Assembly: GCF_006345805.1 (NCBI RefSeq)
Contig: NC_043008.1
Span: 6,758,001 to 6,822,000 of the forward strand
Origin: Octopus sinensis
Taxonomy: Eukaryota
DNA length: 64,000 bases
Direction of reading: 5' to 3'
A program made the position numbers and the translations under genes. Below the pieces are notes generated by a model. It was not told the DNA's origin. It worked only from the letters and a program-made list of their open reading frames with translations, and searched no databases. Position 1 is the stretch's first letter. The number at the start of each line of letters is the position of its first letter. Positions 25,335 through 39,510 of this stretch are shown here, piece by piece.

Positions 25335-26099
25335 AAGAAAACGAGAGGAAGAAAAGAGAGAAAACGAAATGGCTGTATAGATAGATAGTGATTGTAAGTG
25401 GGGGCCATGAAAATGTCTGCTCATTGATTGATTGCGAAACGGAGAGCAAGATCGATGGGAAGGCAGGTAGAAATAGATAGAGGTGTATATATAAGGAGAT
25501 GGATAGAATAGAGATAAAGAAAGAAAAGGAGAAAGAGAGAGGAAGACAGGGAAAGAGAGAGAATAAGATGAAGAAGAAAGTGACGCCATGAAAGTGATAG
25601 AGTCTAAGGTTCTAGATTACAAAACGAACAAAGAACAAAGAGTCCGGAAGGAATGCTAAATGTTCTCCATTTGGCAAAAAAAAAAAAAAATAAAAATAAT
25701 AATAATAAATAAATAAAAAATAAAAATAAGAATAAAAACATCACTAACTATATAAAACTGAACCGAGAAGAGAAATTCCAGGAAACTGTTCTGAAAAAGA
25801 CTTACCATTTTTGTACAAGATTCAGCTTACTTGTCTATTTTCTTCGTTTTTAAGCTCTTACCTTTTCTTTGTTTGTTTATTAGCTTTGCGTTTGTTTGTT
25901 TGTTTTTGTTTTGTTCTGATATTCTCCTGTGGCAACGTAGGAGTATATACAGGTGGTGTGCGGGTGAGAAGGGGTCGCATAATTGATCGAATATACTATA
26001 TGCTCTATATAGATAGTATTATGTGCTCTTGTGTGTGTGGAGTATTTTATATATTCCATGTTGTTAGGATGCCGTGTGTGCATGCATAATAGTGAGTGT

Positions 26100-26124
26100 G
26101 TGTGTATATATGTATGTATATATA

Positions 26125-26172
<48 letters not shown>

Positions 26173-26232
26173 CCCATTTATTCACTTATCGCTTTCTTTC
26201 TCTTTCCTTCCCTGGGAATACATACATATAAA

Positions 26233-26301
<69 letters not shown>

Positions 26302-26401
26302 TATATATATATAATATACGTGTGTGTGTTGGCCGCCGTTTCATGTGGATCAGGATTTTATATATATGCTTTTATATATGTATATATATGCTTTTATATA
26401 T

Positions 26402-26443
<42 letters not shown>

Positions 26444-26469
26444 ATATATATTATATATATATATGCGTT

Positions 26470-26501
<32 letters not shown>

Positions 26502-26548
26502 TGCTTTTATATATATATATATATTATATATATTATATATTATATATG

Positions 26549-26592
<44 letters not shown>

Positions 26593-26650
26593 GCTTTTAT
26601 ATATATATATAATATATGTATGTATATATATATATATGTATATATACATA
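26100..26650. repeat. (TA)n block with recurring atatgctttt punctuation
   Basis: Directly visible. Confidence 0.85.
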
Positions 26651-27750
26651 ATTCACAACCAGGGTGTGTGTGTGTGTGCGCGCCTTTATTCCTTAAAATG
26701 TTTTTATACATGGAAAGCAAATATCTGAGAAGCATGCTCCATCAATGTATAAACTGTCCCATGAGTAAGATACCATAGAAGCATGCTTTATATTCAAAAA
26801 CTGATCGACTTGAGGGACGAAATGATAATTTAAACAACCCATTCCGTGTAAAGCTAGGCTGACTTATATCTATGTATTTATATATTTATGAATTGATGTA
26901 CGTGCTATTTTGATTGGCTCTGGTGCTTTTACTGGCCGCGTGCCTGAAGGTAATGTAAGAAGTAGAAGGTGCTTGGGAGAAAGATGGGAACGGAGAAAGA
27001 AAGAATATAGACAAAGAAAATATTATGTAGATAGTTATGTGCGGTAGAAATAACTAGATTTTTCCCATTTTCTTTGTTCAGATGTCCATTCTTCGTATTT
27101 CACGAAAGACTTCAGACTATTATCATTCTTCTTATGAGGTTACTTTGAAGTTTGTAAACTAAACAGATGAGTTTCAATCCCGTCAGGGTGTATTATAAGA
27201 TCTGACACTTCGTGTGGAATAGTTTTTTTTTTTCGAGGAAATGGACCATGGGAGTAAAATTTGGCAGATGGAATCAACGTGAAATATGCGATGAATGTAA
27301 AATTTAGCCATTCGATATATCGAACCAGTAAATCATGCTCTTTTTGTAGAACAACAGAAAACACAAATGTTGACTAATATGTCGAGTTGCGTCGCTCTGT
27401 GGCCAAAAATCGTTACTTACCAATTCGATAAATATAAATCAGTATCAAATATATGTATCGATATGATTGACTGAAGATATTGAAAGGTTGCCCCAGTATT
27501 CTTCAGTATTTTAGGCCCCAGTCCAATACAAAACTCATAAAATAAGAGATTAAAAAAAATCTGTGAATGAAAGTCAGCCATTTTTTAAAAGATATACTGG
27601 TTCGTGGCATCAGTAAGGTTTATAGTTTTTTGTTTCCAGACGTTTGCGTCGAATCTGGCTAATTAACCTCTGTAAGGATGGAACGTTAGAATTTACTATA
27701 ATGGTGCTAATTAGAAGTAGTCCTGATCTTCTGTTTATCCCATTAAGTCC

Positions 27751-27843
27751 CACTGCCCTATAAATAGGACACTAAATGAGAACATTGTCTCACATTATTT
27801 ATATCACATTGTCTCAGTGTCCTATTTTTTAGGACACAGAGTA
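27751..27843. mobile_element. Tiny Tc1-like MITE / inverted repeat
   Basis: tgccctataaataggacact ... agtgtcctattttttaggaca are inverted arms. The right end finishes in TA. Confidence 0.5.
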
Positions 27844-28861
27844 TTTCCTTTTCTACTTAAAGTAAAGGAATTTTAATAATTATTTTTTCTTTCATTTAAA
27901 CTTGTTTTCAATCAACTGTAAAAATTTAAAAGTAACATTCAGAAATTTAAGTATATGGAACTTAATGGGTTAAGATGTTTATTCTTTTTGTGAGTTTGAA
28001 ATATTTTTTCTTCTGAGAAGTGGCCAGAGAAACATGCACAAGAATTGTACTTATTGCTAAAGTACAATATAAATGAAATTCTAGAGAAGCTGTCAATACT
28101 GAGATATCTAAAGTACAACATAGAGTATCATGAGATTGTTATGTTGGCTTTTCTTCCTTCATGTTTCTCACGCGAGCGTAAACGGAACACAGCGTTGGAC
28201 GCAAGGACCCGCCAAAAGAAACAAGAAGCAAAGAAAGCGATAACACACAATCGATATAAAATACAATAATACATAACTACGTGTGCCTGTAAATGGGTAA
28301 ATGGGCTATGATTCGGAGAGGTGAGGCGAGGAAATATCTATTGAATGAATTATGAGATTACAGAGGAGAGATACCTGATAATATTGGATATAGATTATTG
28401 GTATTTAGATAGGGTTCGATTGGAATATATCGTTAAAACACCTTTGGAAAACAAGAAGTTTAATATACACTGGAATGAGCTAGTCGGGCTGATGTGGGGG
28501 GGGTGTATTATTTCTTCATTACGGAAAACATTCGTTCATATTACTATGTTCCCGCTGGCAGTGTTTTACATTGGAAAGTATTTATTACATGCGGATGCAT
28601 ATATTCACGCGTAGAAATAATATTATATACACCGCACACGTATATATACATAGATACATATATGCACAAACGCATATGTATATATATGTATATATCTATA
28701 TTCATTCATACATATATATATGCATGTATATATATATTTTCATACATGCATATATATACATGTATATATATTTTTTTTTTCATGCATGCATATATATATA
28801 AATATTTTCATACATACATACTTACATACATACATACATATATATTTTCATACATATATAC

Positions 28862-28950
<89 letters not shown>

Positions 28951-29141
28951 TCGTACATAATACACCGCAAAAACATTTATATGTATCTGTACATAGTTGA
29001 AGATATTCATGTAGATATACATATATGTGTGTGTATGTATCAATGGTGTGCATTTATGCATATTGTGTGTATACATATATACATACATACATGCATACGT
29101 GTGTGTGTGTGTGTGCACGTGCATGCCTGTGTGTATGTATT

Positions 29142-29973
29142 TTAGCAGCACCATTTTTCAATGTGTCTCACTACACCACTAATTTATTCCTCTCCTTTCA
29201 CAACCGTGATAATGGCGCTAAAATAAGATTTAGAATTTCAGGAAAAGATGTTCAATTTACGACGTTTCAATAGTAAATCAAAGACATTTCTGACTCTAAT
29301 TAAGGAACCTTTGTATGCAGACTATGCTGACTCTGTCGCAGAAACGCAGAAGAAGAGATGCAAGTCATAACGGACAAGTTTGCTGCAGCATGTTATGTAT
29401 TTGATCTAAATATAAGCTTAAAGAAAATACGAGTATCTGATGAACACTGTGTGGAGCCTAATATCTGTGTGAAGAACACTAGATTAGGAATGGAGGAGAC
29501 ATTTGCATATTTGAGAAAAGCGCCATCAAGAAAGGACAAGCTAATTTTGGAAATTGTGCTGAGAAGCTAAAAAGCAAATATGGTATTTAGAAAACTTGCG
29601 GAAAGGCTGTGGTTAGTGGCGTTACAGCTCATTCAAGCATCAATATTTACGAAAGTTGCATACATACAGCATTCTGGTATGATTCTGAGACATGGAATGT
29701 TCTTAGAAGGCATGTAAAAGTGATTGGAAGATTCCACTAAAACTGCTTCGGAAGAATACTGAAGGTACAATGGAACAATTTGTTATCAAATACTTGAGAC
29801 GGCAAGTTGTTTGTATTTTGAGTTTCAGTCATTTGACTGTGTCTATACTGGAGCAAGTCGACCCCAGGACTTATTCTTTGTTGACCTAGTACTTATTCTA
29901 TCGGTGTCTTTTGCCGAACCGCTAGGTTACAGGGACTTAAACACGCCAGTATTGGTTGTCAAGCGATGTTGGT

Positions 29974-30026
<53 letters not shown>

Positions 30027-30660
30027 CATATATATGAGGGGCTTCTTTCAGTTTCCGTCTACCAAATCCACTCACAAGGCTTTGGTCGGCCCGAGGCTAT
30101 AGTAGAAGACACTTGCCCAAGGTGCCACGCAGTGGGACTGAACCCGAAACCATGTGGTTGGTAATCAAGCTACTTACCACACAGCCATTCCTACGCTTAG
30201 TACAAAATAAAATGCGAATGGCAGAACGTCTTCGTTGATGTGTCGGATGTGAGACTGTCCAGGCAGCAATTGTGTGGATTGTTACAATTTGGAAAGCAAC
30301 TACAAGTTAAAGAACCGTACAATGTCTGTATTTATAAGAATTTAGAGAAATGAAAATTGAAGTTCGATTCTGGGAAGAGAACTGGATGGAGGTCATTGGT
30401 GAAGGAAATTATATAACTAGCCTTGAGCTAACCAAAAATCAGCCCTTTTAAAACGTAGTTTTAAAAAGAATGTTATCAGAGTTGCACCGAATGAGATTAG
30501 GAGTCGGAAATGCTGTCTTTTGTGACCAACATCTTCTTTCAAAAACTGGCTACATAAATTACATGAAATCACAAAATGGTTTGCAAAATCAAGATGCATT
30601 TAATAATAATTTTCTCCAGTTCTATCGCCATCTTCGAATCTACAGACAAGAAGATTACTT
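29142..30660 (+). pseudogene. RTE-clade (BovB-like) LINE, decayed RT and C-terminus, split by a SINE B
   Basis: LAAPFFNV / IRFRISGK / FNLRRFNSKSKTFLTLIKEPLYADYAD / MQVITDKFAAACYVFDLNISLKK / DSETWNVLRRHVKVIGRFH*NCFGRILKVQW. After the SINE: DVRLSRQQLCGLLQFGK. Multiple stops and frameshifts. Confidence 0.85.
29815..30197 (-). mobile_element. SINE B inserted into the RTE LINE
   Basis: Full family B motif set on the minus strand, with an internal (CA)n(TA)n tract. Confidence 0.9.
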
Positions 30661-31199
30661 ATTTCTTCCAAGACCCATTGGAATAAAATTTGATTATAAT
30701 ACTAACCAGACAAACATTTAATGAGCATATGCACTCATTCCGGGGTACCTATTTACTCCCTGCGTTTTTCCTCCTTCCATCTGGCCTTGTTCTCCATCCT
30801 GCAGTGGGGCGACATGTAGTTTCCCTCCACGCAAGAGTAGAAGAGTCACCAGTTTAGTGGGTGACGACTCGACCACGCAACAGGTTGTACTTTTGATTAA
30901 AAGCAGAAGTCGATGTTCGCTACAGGCAGCACGTATGAAGTTTATTCAACATATTGTTATATATATGTGTGTGATATATATAAATAAATAAATATATATA
31001 TATATAATATATATATACATATACATAAAAGCACACATGTATAGTGTGTATGTATGCATGTATGTATGAGTGTGTGTAAATGTGCATGTTGGCCAAAATA
31101 TGTGGATGTCTTCAATGATTTTCGGAGGAATGTGTGAGAGTGAATAGGAGGAGGTAACTTGAAACTAGAGCAATGATTAGATAAGACACATTGACACAT

Positions 31200-31566
31200 A
31201 TAGATATGTATTTACTGACACACATACACACATGTGCGCGCACCTGTATATGCCCACAGACATTAACAGATACACAGTCACACGCACACACACACACATA
31301 TATACATACTTACAGACATGTAAAGATTTATACAAACATATATAGATATATGCACACATAAATATGCACCACACACACATATGTATATACTATATGACGT
31401 GTGTGCATATATGTATATATATATGTATATATACACATATATATATATACATATATGCATATATATATACATATATACATACTTATATATACATATAGAT
31501 ATATACTTATATACATACATGCATATATATATATATATATACATACGTATACACATATATATACAA

Positions 31567-31611
<45 letters not shown>

Positions 31612-31718
31612 CACACATATATATACATATATACATATATACAAATATATATACATATACACACACACGCACATATATATATGTATACACACAAAGAGAT
31701 AAGTATACACAGACACAG

Positions 31719-31752
<34 letters not shown>

Positions 31753-31832
31753 GCAAGGAGAAAGAGAGGGATGGAGGGAGAAAGGGAGAGATTGAGAAGT
31801 AGAGAAATAGAGACAGAAACAGCTATCTCTAT

Positions 31833-31900
<68 letters not shown>
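31200..31900. repeat. Degenerate (TA/CA)n block followed by (GA)n
   Basis: Directly visible. Confidence 0.9.
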
Positions 31901-31907
<7 letters not shown>

Positions 31908-32312
31908 TCTTCACACAGCCTAATATCGTTATCAGAGAAAAAGAGTTTCCCCCATCGGAAATTAATATGTCGGATAACCTGTAGGATATTCATAGTTATA
32001 AGATAGATTCCATTTCATTTATATTTAATAACAAGTCAAATCTTACTCGCAGCAACCATGATCCTTCCTTTTTGCCATTTTTTTTCTTTTTCTTATTCCA
32101 TTGCTTTGACACTTGTTGGTTGCGGCAAAAGCAGATATTTGCGACACTTGTTTCTGATTAATTCTACCATTTCCCTTGTGAGGAAACATTAGTTCTTGCT
32201 TAAACATCGAAACCTTCCTCTTTCGCTTTCAAACCCCTCTCTGTTTTCTTTTCTTTTGTCTTTCTTTCGTTTTTCTTTTTTTTTTTTTGAAAAATTACTA
32301 CAGACTCTAAGA

Positions 32313-32313
<1 letters not shown>

Positions 32314-32372
<59 letters not shown>

Positions 32373-32726
32373 CACCACCACCACCACCACAAGTATTGCT
32401 GCTACAAGGATGAACACGACCACCACCATAACTACTACTACTACTACTGCTGCTATCACTACAACGACGACGACGACCATCGCCACCACCACCAGTACCA
32501 TCAGCGTCACCACTCCTACAACGACGACGACCCAACCACCATGATTACTACTACTACTACTACTACTACTATCACAACGACGACCACCGTGACCACCACC
32601 ACCGTAACCACCACCAGAATTACTACTACTACCACTACCATCACCATCACTACTACTACGACAACGACGACGACGGCCACTACCACCATCATTAACATCA
32701 TAGCTACCAGCACCACCACCAGCACC

Positions 32727-32766
<40 letters not shown>

Positions 32767-32822
32767 GTAATGGTGATAGTGGTGGTAGTAGTTGTTCCGG
32801 GGGTGGTAGTGGTGGTGGTGGT
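32314..32822. repeat. Compound trinucleotide repeat (CTA/CCA/CGA)n switching to (GGT/AGT)n
   Basis: Directly visible. The strand switch lies at actagt, about 32764-32769. Confidence 0.9.
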
Positions 32823-32882
32823 GTTTTTCTAAAATGCTTGTCTTTTCTACGTGTCTATTAATAATCAATGCTCTCTCTCCGC

Positions 32883-32926
<44 letters not shown>

Positions 32927-33536
32927 TCTGTGAGATTGAGTTCAAAGGCAGATGGAAATAAGACGAGAGATGTTCCTACATTTACCGAAGACATTAATAA
33001 TAATAAGTCGACTCATGTTAAATGGTTTGAGGTGGGAAGGCGGCGCGGGCGAGGGGCGGAGCGGGAGTGCAGCGATGCCGTTTCTCATATTAATTAAGGT
33101 GAGTGAAGTTAAAAGGTTACAAGCCTATGGTGGACTCAACTCGTTGGAGTGTAACTCAGACAGTTAAAATGGTGAGTGTTAAGAGTCCAGCACGTCCTGC
33201 CTTTGTAATAATAATCGTTAATACCTTCGATGGAGGCTATTAAATGAAATGGGTCTCCGTCAGTTTCGACGATCAGCCGAACTACCTAGTTCATAAAATG
33301 ACCTGTGGTTGACAGAATGCTCCCAAAGTAATGAATTCTGGGTACAAATGCTGGGTCGAATCAACTAGAGGAAATATGTGACATTCTTGGTAGAGTCACC
33401 CTGGTGGGTTTCCACACAGTCACCTTGCTTAGAAGTTCAGTCAAGAGTCATAGAAAGACCACGAGTCTACCGTAAAATACAGTGGCGCAAGATGCCACGC
33501 TGTAGGACCGAAACGAGAATTTACACACACACACAA

Positions 33537-33704
<168 letters not shown>

Positions 33705-33711
33705 GTAGGTA

Positions 33712-33950
33712 TAGCGCAGGAGCGGCTGTGTGGTAAACGGTTGCTTACAAATCACATGTTTCCGGGTTCGTATATATGTATGTGTGTCCGTGTTTGTCCT
33801 CCCCCCTTCAACATCGCTTGACAACCGATGCTGGTGTGTTTACGTTCCCGTTACATTAGCGGTTCAGCAAAAGACACCGATAAAATAAGTACTAGGCTTC
33901 CAGAAAATGAGACCTGGGGTCGATTTGCTCGATTAAAGGCGGTGCTCCAG
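33712..33950 (+). mobile_element. Internally deleted SINE B
   Basis: Head agcgcaggagcggctgtgtggtaa..ccgggttc joined directly to the second half catcgcttgacaaccgatgctgg..ggcggtgctccag. Confidence 0.8.
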
Positions 33951-33954
33951 GGCC

Positions 33955-34338
33955 AGACGATTACACTGACTCCAGTGTTTAACTGGTACTTAATTTATCG
34001 ACCCCGAAACGATAAAAGGCAAAGTCTACCTCGGCGGAATTTGAACTCAGAACATAAAGACAGACGAAATATCGCTAACAGTTTCGCCTGGCGTGCTAAC
34101 GTTTCTATTTCTTTACTACCCACATGGGGCTAAACACAGAGGGGACAAACAAGGACAGACAAACGGATTAAGTCGATTACATCGACCCCAGTGCGTAACT
34201 GGTACTTATTTATTCGACCCAGAAAGGATGAAAGGCAAAGTCGACCTCGGCGGAATTTGAACTCAGAACGTAACGGCAGACGAAATACGGCTACGCATTT
34301 CGCCCGGAGCGCTAACGTTTCTGCCAGCTCTCCACCTC
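33955..34338 (-). mobile_element. SINE A1/A2 nested dimer (junction at 34105/34106)
   Basis: The A2 tail tatttctttactacccac follows gctaacgtttc of the A head. Confidence 0.9.
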
Positions 34339-34944
34339 GGTACTGCAGCAATATTCTCTATCCAAAAATACCCGAGTGTTTATCGTTGCTTACATAACGT
34401 TACAACGTATTGGTAAGTTATTACTGTTACTGAAGATCCACTGATTCTGATGTTTTTCTTTGTTTCTTACCATTTTTGTTCGAAAACTTGATTCAATTTT
34501 TCTATCTGTTTCTTTCGTTTATAAGAAATTGTTTTGCAGTTTCCTTTGAATCCTTTCAATTTTGAACTGGATTTAATATATTTATTTTCATTTCCTGGGA
34601 AGTCGACTTTATCGTTCCAAACTCTATCATTCCATCTCGTAAATATTTAACAAAATAATAATGATAATAAAAAAAGAAATTCTAAATTAAATATAACTTT
34701 GCAGAGTGGTCTATCTCAATACAGAAGCAGTGAGATAAAAGTAAAGTGACAGGAATATTAAAAAACGAAATTAGAAACGACGCAATGATGTTTCTGTAAA
34801 GACAAGGTAACGAAATAAAATTGAACCAAATAGAAACCGCGCTGTAATGAAAATGTGCGGAACCAGTGTCGCGTAAATCGAAACACACGCACACACATAT
34901 ACACATATACGCATACATGCACACAGGCATACTTTTACGCATAT

Positions 34945-35168
34945 ATTCTTTTCTTTTTTTACGTGTTTGCAGTCATTTGACTGCGGCCAGGCTGGTGCAG
35001 CGCCGTTTTTTAGTTGGACAAATCGACCCAAGGACTTATTCTTTGTAAACCTAGTACTGATTCTATCGTTGTCTTTTGCCGAACCGCTAATTTACAGGGA
35101 CGTAAACACACCAGCATCGATTGTCAAGGGATGTTGGGGTTGGGACAAACACAGAAACACACACACAC

Positions 35169-35206
<38 letters not shown>

Positions 35207-35600
35207 GACTGGCTTCTTTCAGTTTCCATCTACCAAATCCACTCAGAAGGCTTTGGTCGGCCCGAGGCTATAGTAGAAGACACTTGCCCAAGGTGCCACG
35301 CAGTGGGACTGAACCCAGAAGCATGTGGTTGGGAAGCAAGCTACTTACCACACAGCCACTCCTACGCCTATATATATATATATATATACATTGTGGGTAT
35401 GTTTGTCCCCCACAACCGCTTGACAACAGGTGCAAGTGTGTTTACCATTCCATAAGGTAGCAGTTCGGCAAAAGTAACCGATGGAATAACGAGCCAGGCT
35501 TAAAAAAAAAGTACTGGGGTCTATACATTCGAATAAAAATTGTTCGAGACGGTGCCCCAGCATGGCTGCAGTCTAATGACTGAAACAAGTAAAAGATAAC
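34945..35600. mobile_element. SINE B full copy (minus, 34945-35369) plus SINE B 3' half (plus, 35395-35600)
   Basis: Family B motifs in opposite orientations. Confidence 0.85.
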
Positions 35601-36179
35601 AGATTTTTAATGCATTTCCCTCGTTATACACGACTCCGATTTGTACGCCAATCTCTGAACAAATCTACCATCTAACCCGAGGGCCACGAGAGAGAGAGAG
35701 AGAGAGAGATAGAGAGTGTGTGTGTGTACAAATGTCTGTATACGGGTGTCTGAGTGTGGGTGTATTATACACAGAGATACATATACGGATAAGATTTACG
35801 AGGGTAACTAGATGTTTTTCTGCAATTATTTGTATATCTGAAACAGATTAAGATAAATAATAAACAAATACGTGTACTTGTTTGTAGATATTAGCTGGAG
35901 ATAAAGAGAAAGAAAAAAATAAGATAAAAAGCATCTCTACTTTTTGCGTGCATTGTCACATCCATGGAAGAAATACTGGTTATTTGAAATCTTCAGAGGA
36001 AAGAGGTACTTCTAAGAGAAATACGTAACTCTATGAAAATGTTGTATATATCAAGAAATTAATATATGAAGGATGCCAAACTTTGGAATTCAGATAAATA
36101 TCAGAACCAATATATATTACGTGTGTTATTGTTACAATCATGTTTGTGCGTTCACTAGACAAAGAGGTCTACAGAGTCA

Positions 36180-36515
36180 ATTTATATATATATATATACT
36201 TATATAAATGTATGTGTGTGTGTGTGTGTGTATGTATATATATATGTATACATATGTGTATATATATATATATGTAAGTATATATATATATATGTATACA
36301 TATGTGTATATATATATATATGTATGTATATATATGTATATATATATGTATGTATGTATATATATGTACGTACATATATATATATATATGTAAATATATA
36401 TGTATGTATATATATGTGTGTATATATATATATATGTATATACATGTGTATGTATATATATATGTGAGTATATATATGTAAATATATATATATGCAAATA
36501 TATATGTATGTATGT

Positions 36516-36546
<31 letters not shown>

Positions 36547-36720
36547 GTATGTGTGTTGTGTGTGTGTATGTATATATATATGACACACTCATATGCATGT
36601 TTATATGTATGTACGTATATGCGGATATATGTATATATACATATATATATATAAACAAACATACATATCTATCTTTCTACCTATCTATCTTCTTACACAC
36701 ACACACACACGTATGTATGT
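36180..36720. repeat. Degenerate (TA/TG)n block
   Basis: Directly visible. Confidence 0.9.
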
Positions 36721-37124
36721 GTACGGGAATATATTAGATTTCTTGCTCTACAACATTGTCAGAAACTGTTTTATTTCGTTTAAGTCTTCCTCGTAAAGTT
36801 TAAAAGTAACTTAGTGCTTCTATGAACACAAACGAAATTATATGCAAAAAACTCCTAACGCGGTTTTTTGCTTTCTCTTATCCTCTACAAATATCTCCAA
36901 AGAATGTATATCTTAGATTTATCTTTTGACTTTGGGTAATATTTTAAGAATACACAATCCGTTAAAGAAATCAGTTTCTTTCGTAAACCTTTTTATTTTC
37001 AACCTTGGAACACGTTCTATCATCTATAATTTTTTTCCTCGCATTTTCCTAATCTAATCCATTACACACACACACATACACAGACACACAGGCACACATA
37101 CACAGAGACACAGACACACACAAG

Positions 37125-37322
37125 GGCGTGTTGACTTTAAGGGTTTCCTGAAAGACCTGGTTAAAGGCCCAACCTTCCGAGTTCTTTTACCAGGCATAGA
37201 AAAACTGAAGGACCGCTGCAATAAGTGAGTGAACCTGAGAGGGGAATAAGCTGAATAAAACCATGATTAACTGATCCTCCTGTATCTTCTCTTATCCAAA
37301 GCCAAGAACTTCTCAGCAGCCG
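37125..37322 (+). mobile_element. mariner-derived MITE retaining the transposase C-terminus
   Basis: GIEKLKDRCNK*VNLRGE resembles mariner 'GI.KL..RW.KCV...G.YVE'. The right end aaagccaagaacttctcagcagccc is complementary to the left end of the copy at 43597. Confidence 0.75.
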
Positions 37323-37411
37323 TTTGTGCAAATGTCTTGTGTTTTTCTCTTTTTTATTTCCAATTTGTCTAAACCACTAATCTCTTACCTAATAATCTAT
37401 CATTCTCTCTT

Positions 37412-37463
<52 letters not shown>

Positions 37464-38159
37464 GTAAACAAACACTCCAACCTTTACTATTTCGTTAAAT
37501 TTAACGGATGTTATTTGAAGTTTCCTTGATAAACCATAGAACCTATAAAAACTATTAGGAAAACCAGTTGCTATCTAGTTAAGACTAATAATGTCTTGAA
37601 TATCTCCGTTTCTTGTCCTTTTTTGTAAAATATCAGAAATCCAAGGGTAAAATAGTTGAGGAATTATTTCAAAGTTCAAACCTTACATCAATAGCTTAAA
37701 CGACCCTTAGATTTGTCTGAGGCTTAGTATTTGGAGGTGAGACGGAAATACGATGAAGTGAAGTCCCTGACTCTTGTGTTCGGTTTTAGCTTCAGCTACA
37801 AGTCAAAATGGCGGGCTGTTGCGACAGGATAATAAACATTCAGTTAGATAACTTAGACATGTCTTGGCTAAAGATTGGTCCAGGTCATGTCTAACTTAAC
37901 AGCACCACCTGATAGGATCTGTTAAGTCATTTCAAAGCAAAATTTTGTGGTATCGTGGACCATTTAAGTAGGATGTTGTTGTTGACCGAGATGTAACCAG
38001 ATAGAGATAACTGATCAGGTATCCCTCGAAGCAAAAGTGAAATAGTTCTTCTTCTGTATTCTATCGTCAGCGAATGTTAACCTTAGTTGTGATGACTTAT
38101 CAAAGACAGCAATGAAGAATTCACATGAGACTCACTGCTTGCAATAATTGAGCTCAATT

Positions 38160-39050
38160 TGAACGACGAGCTGGCAGAATCGTTAGAACGCTGGGAGAAA
38201 TGCTTCTCGGTGTTTCGAACGTCTTTACGTTCTGAGTTCAAATTGCGCAGAGGTCGACTTTGCATTTCATCCTTTCGAGATTGATAAAATAAATACCAGT
38301 TTAGCACTGAAACCAATGTAATTGACTTACCCACTTTTCCGAAATTGCTGGCCTTGTGCAAAAAAATTAAAACCAATATTGAGCTCGCTTAGAGGCAGCG
38401 AGCTAGCAGAATTGTTAGCATGCGGGGGAAAATACTTAGCGGTATTTTGTCTGCTAGCACGTCCTGAGTTCAAATTCCGCAGAGGTCGACCTCGTATTTC
38501 AACCTTTCAGGGTTGATAAAATTAGTACCAGTTGAAAGGCGGCGAGCTAGCAGAAACATTAGCACGCCGGGCGAAATACTTAGGGGTATTTTGTCTGCTG
38601 TTACTTCTGAGTTCAAATTCCGCAGAGGTTGTCTTTGCCTTTCATCCTTTCGGGGTCGATAAATTAAGTACCAGTTATGCACTGGAGTCGATATAATCGA
38701 CTTAATCCGTTTGTCTGTCCTTGTTTGCCCTCTCTTTCTTTAGCCTCTTGTGGGCAATAAAGAAATAAGAAACATTAGTACGCCGGGCGAAATGCTTAGG
38801 GGTATTTCGTCTGCCTTTATGTTGTGAGTTCCAATTTCGCAGAGCTCGTCTATGCCTTTCATCCTTTCGGGGATCGATAACTTAAGTACCTGTTGCGTAC
38901 TGGGGTCGATCTAATCGATTCCCCCCACCGCCAAATTTCGGGCTCTGTGCCTAGAGCGGAAAAGCATAAGTACCAGTTGAGCTCTGGGGTCAACTTAACT
39001 TCTCCACCGAAACTGCTAGCCTTATGCCAAACTTTGAAATCAATATTAAG
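38160..39050 (+). mobile_element. Head-to-tail pile-up of SINE A copies, including an A2/A1 dimer (38536-38960)
   Basis: At least four repeats of gagct.gcagaa..ttctgagttcaaatt..ttcatcctttc.gg.tcgataa. The A2 tail ends at 38767. Confidence 0.9.
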
Positions 39051-39510
39051 CTCGCTTCCACTCGTCATAATAATTCTGGAAGGAATGCTCTGCACCAAGC
39101 TGACCCACTTCTCCCTGTAGACTCATATGAAGGCAGTCTTTAATGGCGTACCCGTTACTCTGTGTGTTATTTACTCTTTCTTGCCACCTCATTCACATCA
39201 AAAGATAACCATTATGAACATTCACATTGTGTCTCTATTCTTTTAAATGCAAAGGTTGTTCGTGCGCTCTCCTCTTACCTGAGTCGTTGATGCACTGGTT
39301 GTTACGAAAGCTGATTAGAGTTTCGATTAATTCATCAAGAGAATGGCCAGACGATCAACAGAAGCGTTTTTGTTTATCATGTTTGCATCTTCTAAGTGAA
39401 ATATTTCGTTTGAATATGAGGATAAAAGATTGCTTTTTTTTATTATTTTCTCTGCGTCGCCGCTTAGTATTGATGCAAAATGTGATTAACATCAAAGAAA
39501 TATTCACTTA

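Noticed and set aside
32196-32861. 221-aa poly-Tyr/His/Thr 'mucin-like' ORF
   Set aside because: A compound trinucleotide repeat open in several frames on both strands, with no domain or splice support.
34967-35460. Recurrent peptides (IVEDTCPRCHAVGLNP; [19 protein letters not shown]) suggesting a gene family
   Set aside because: These are antisense translations of SINE B and SINE A copies.
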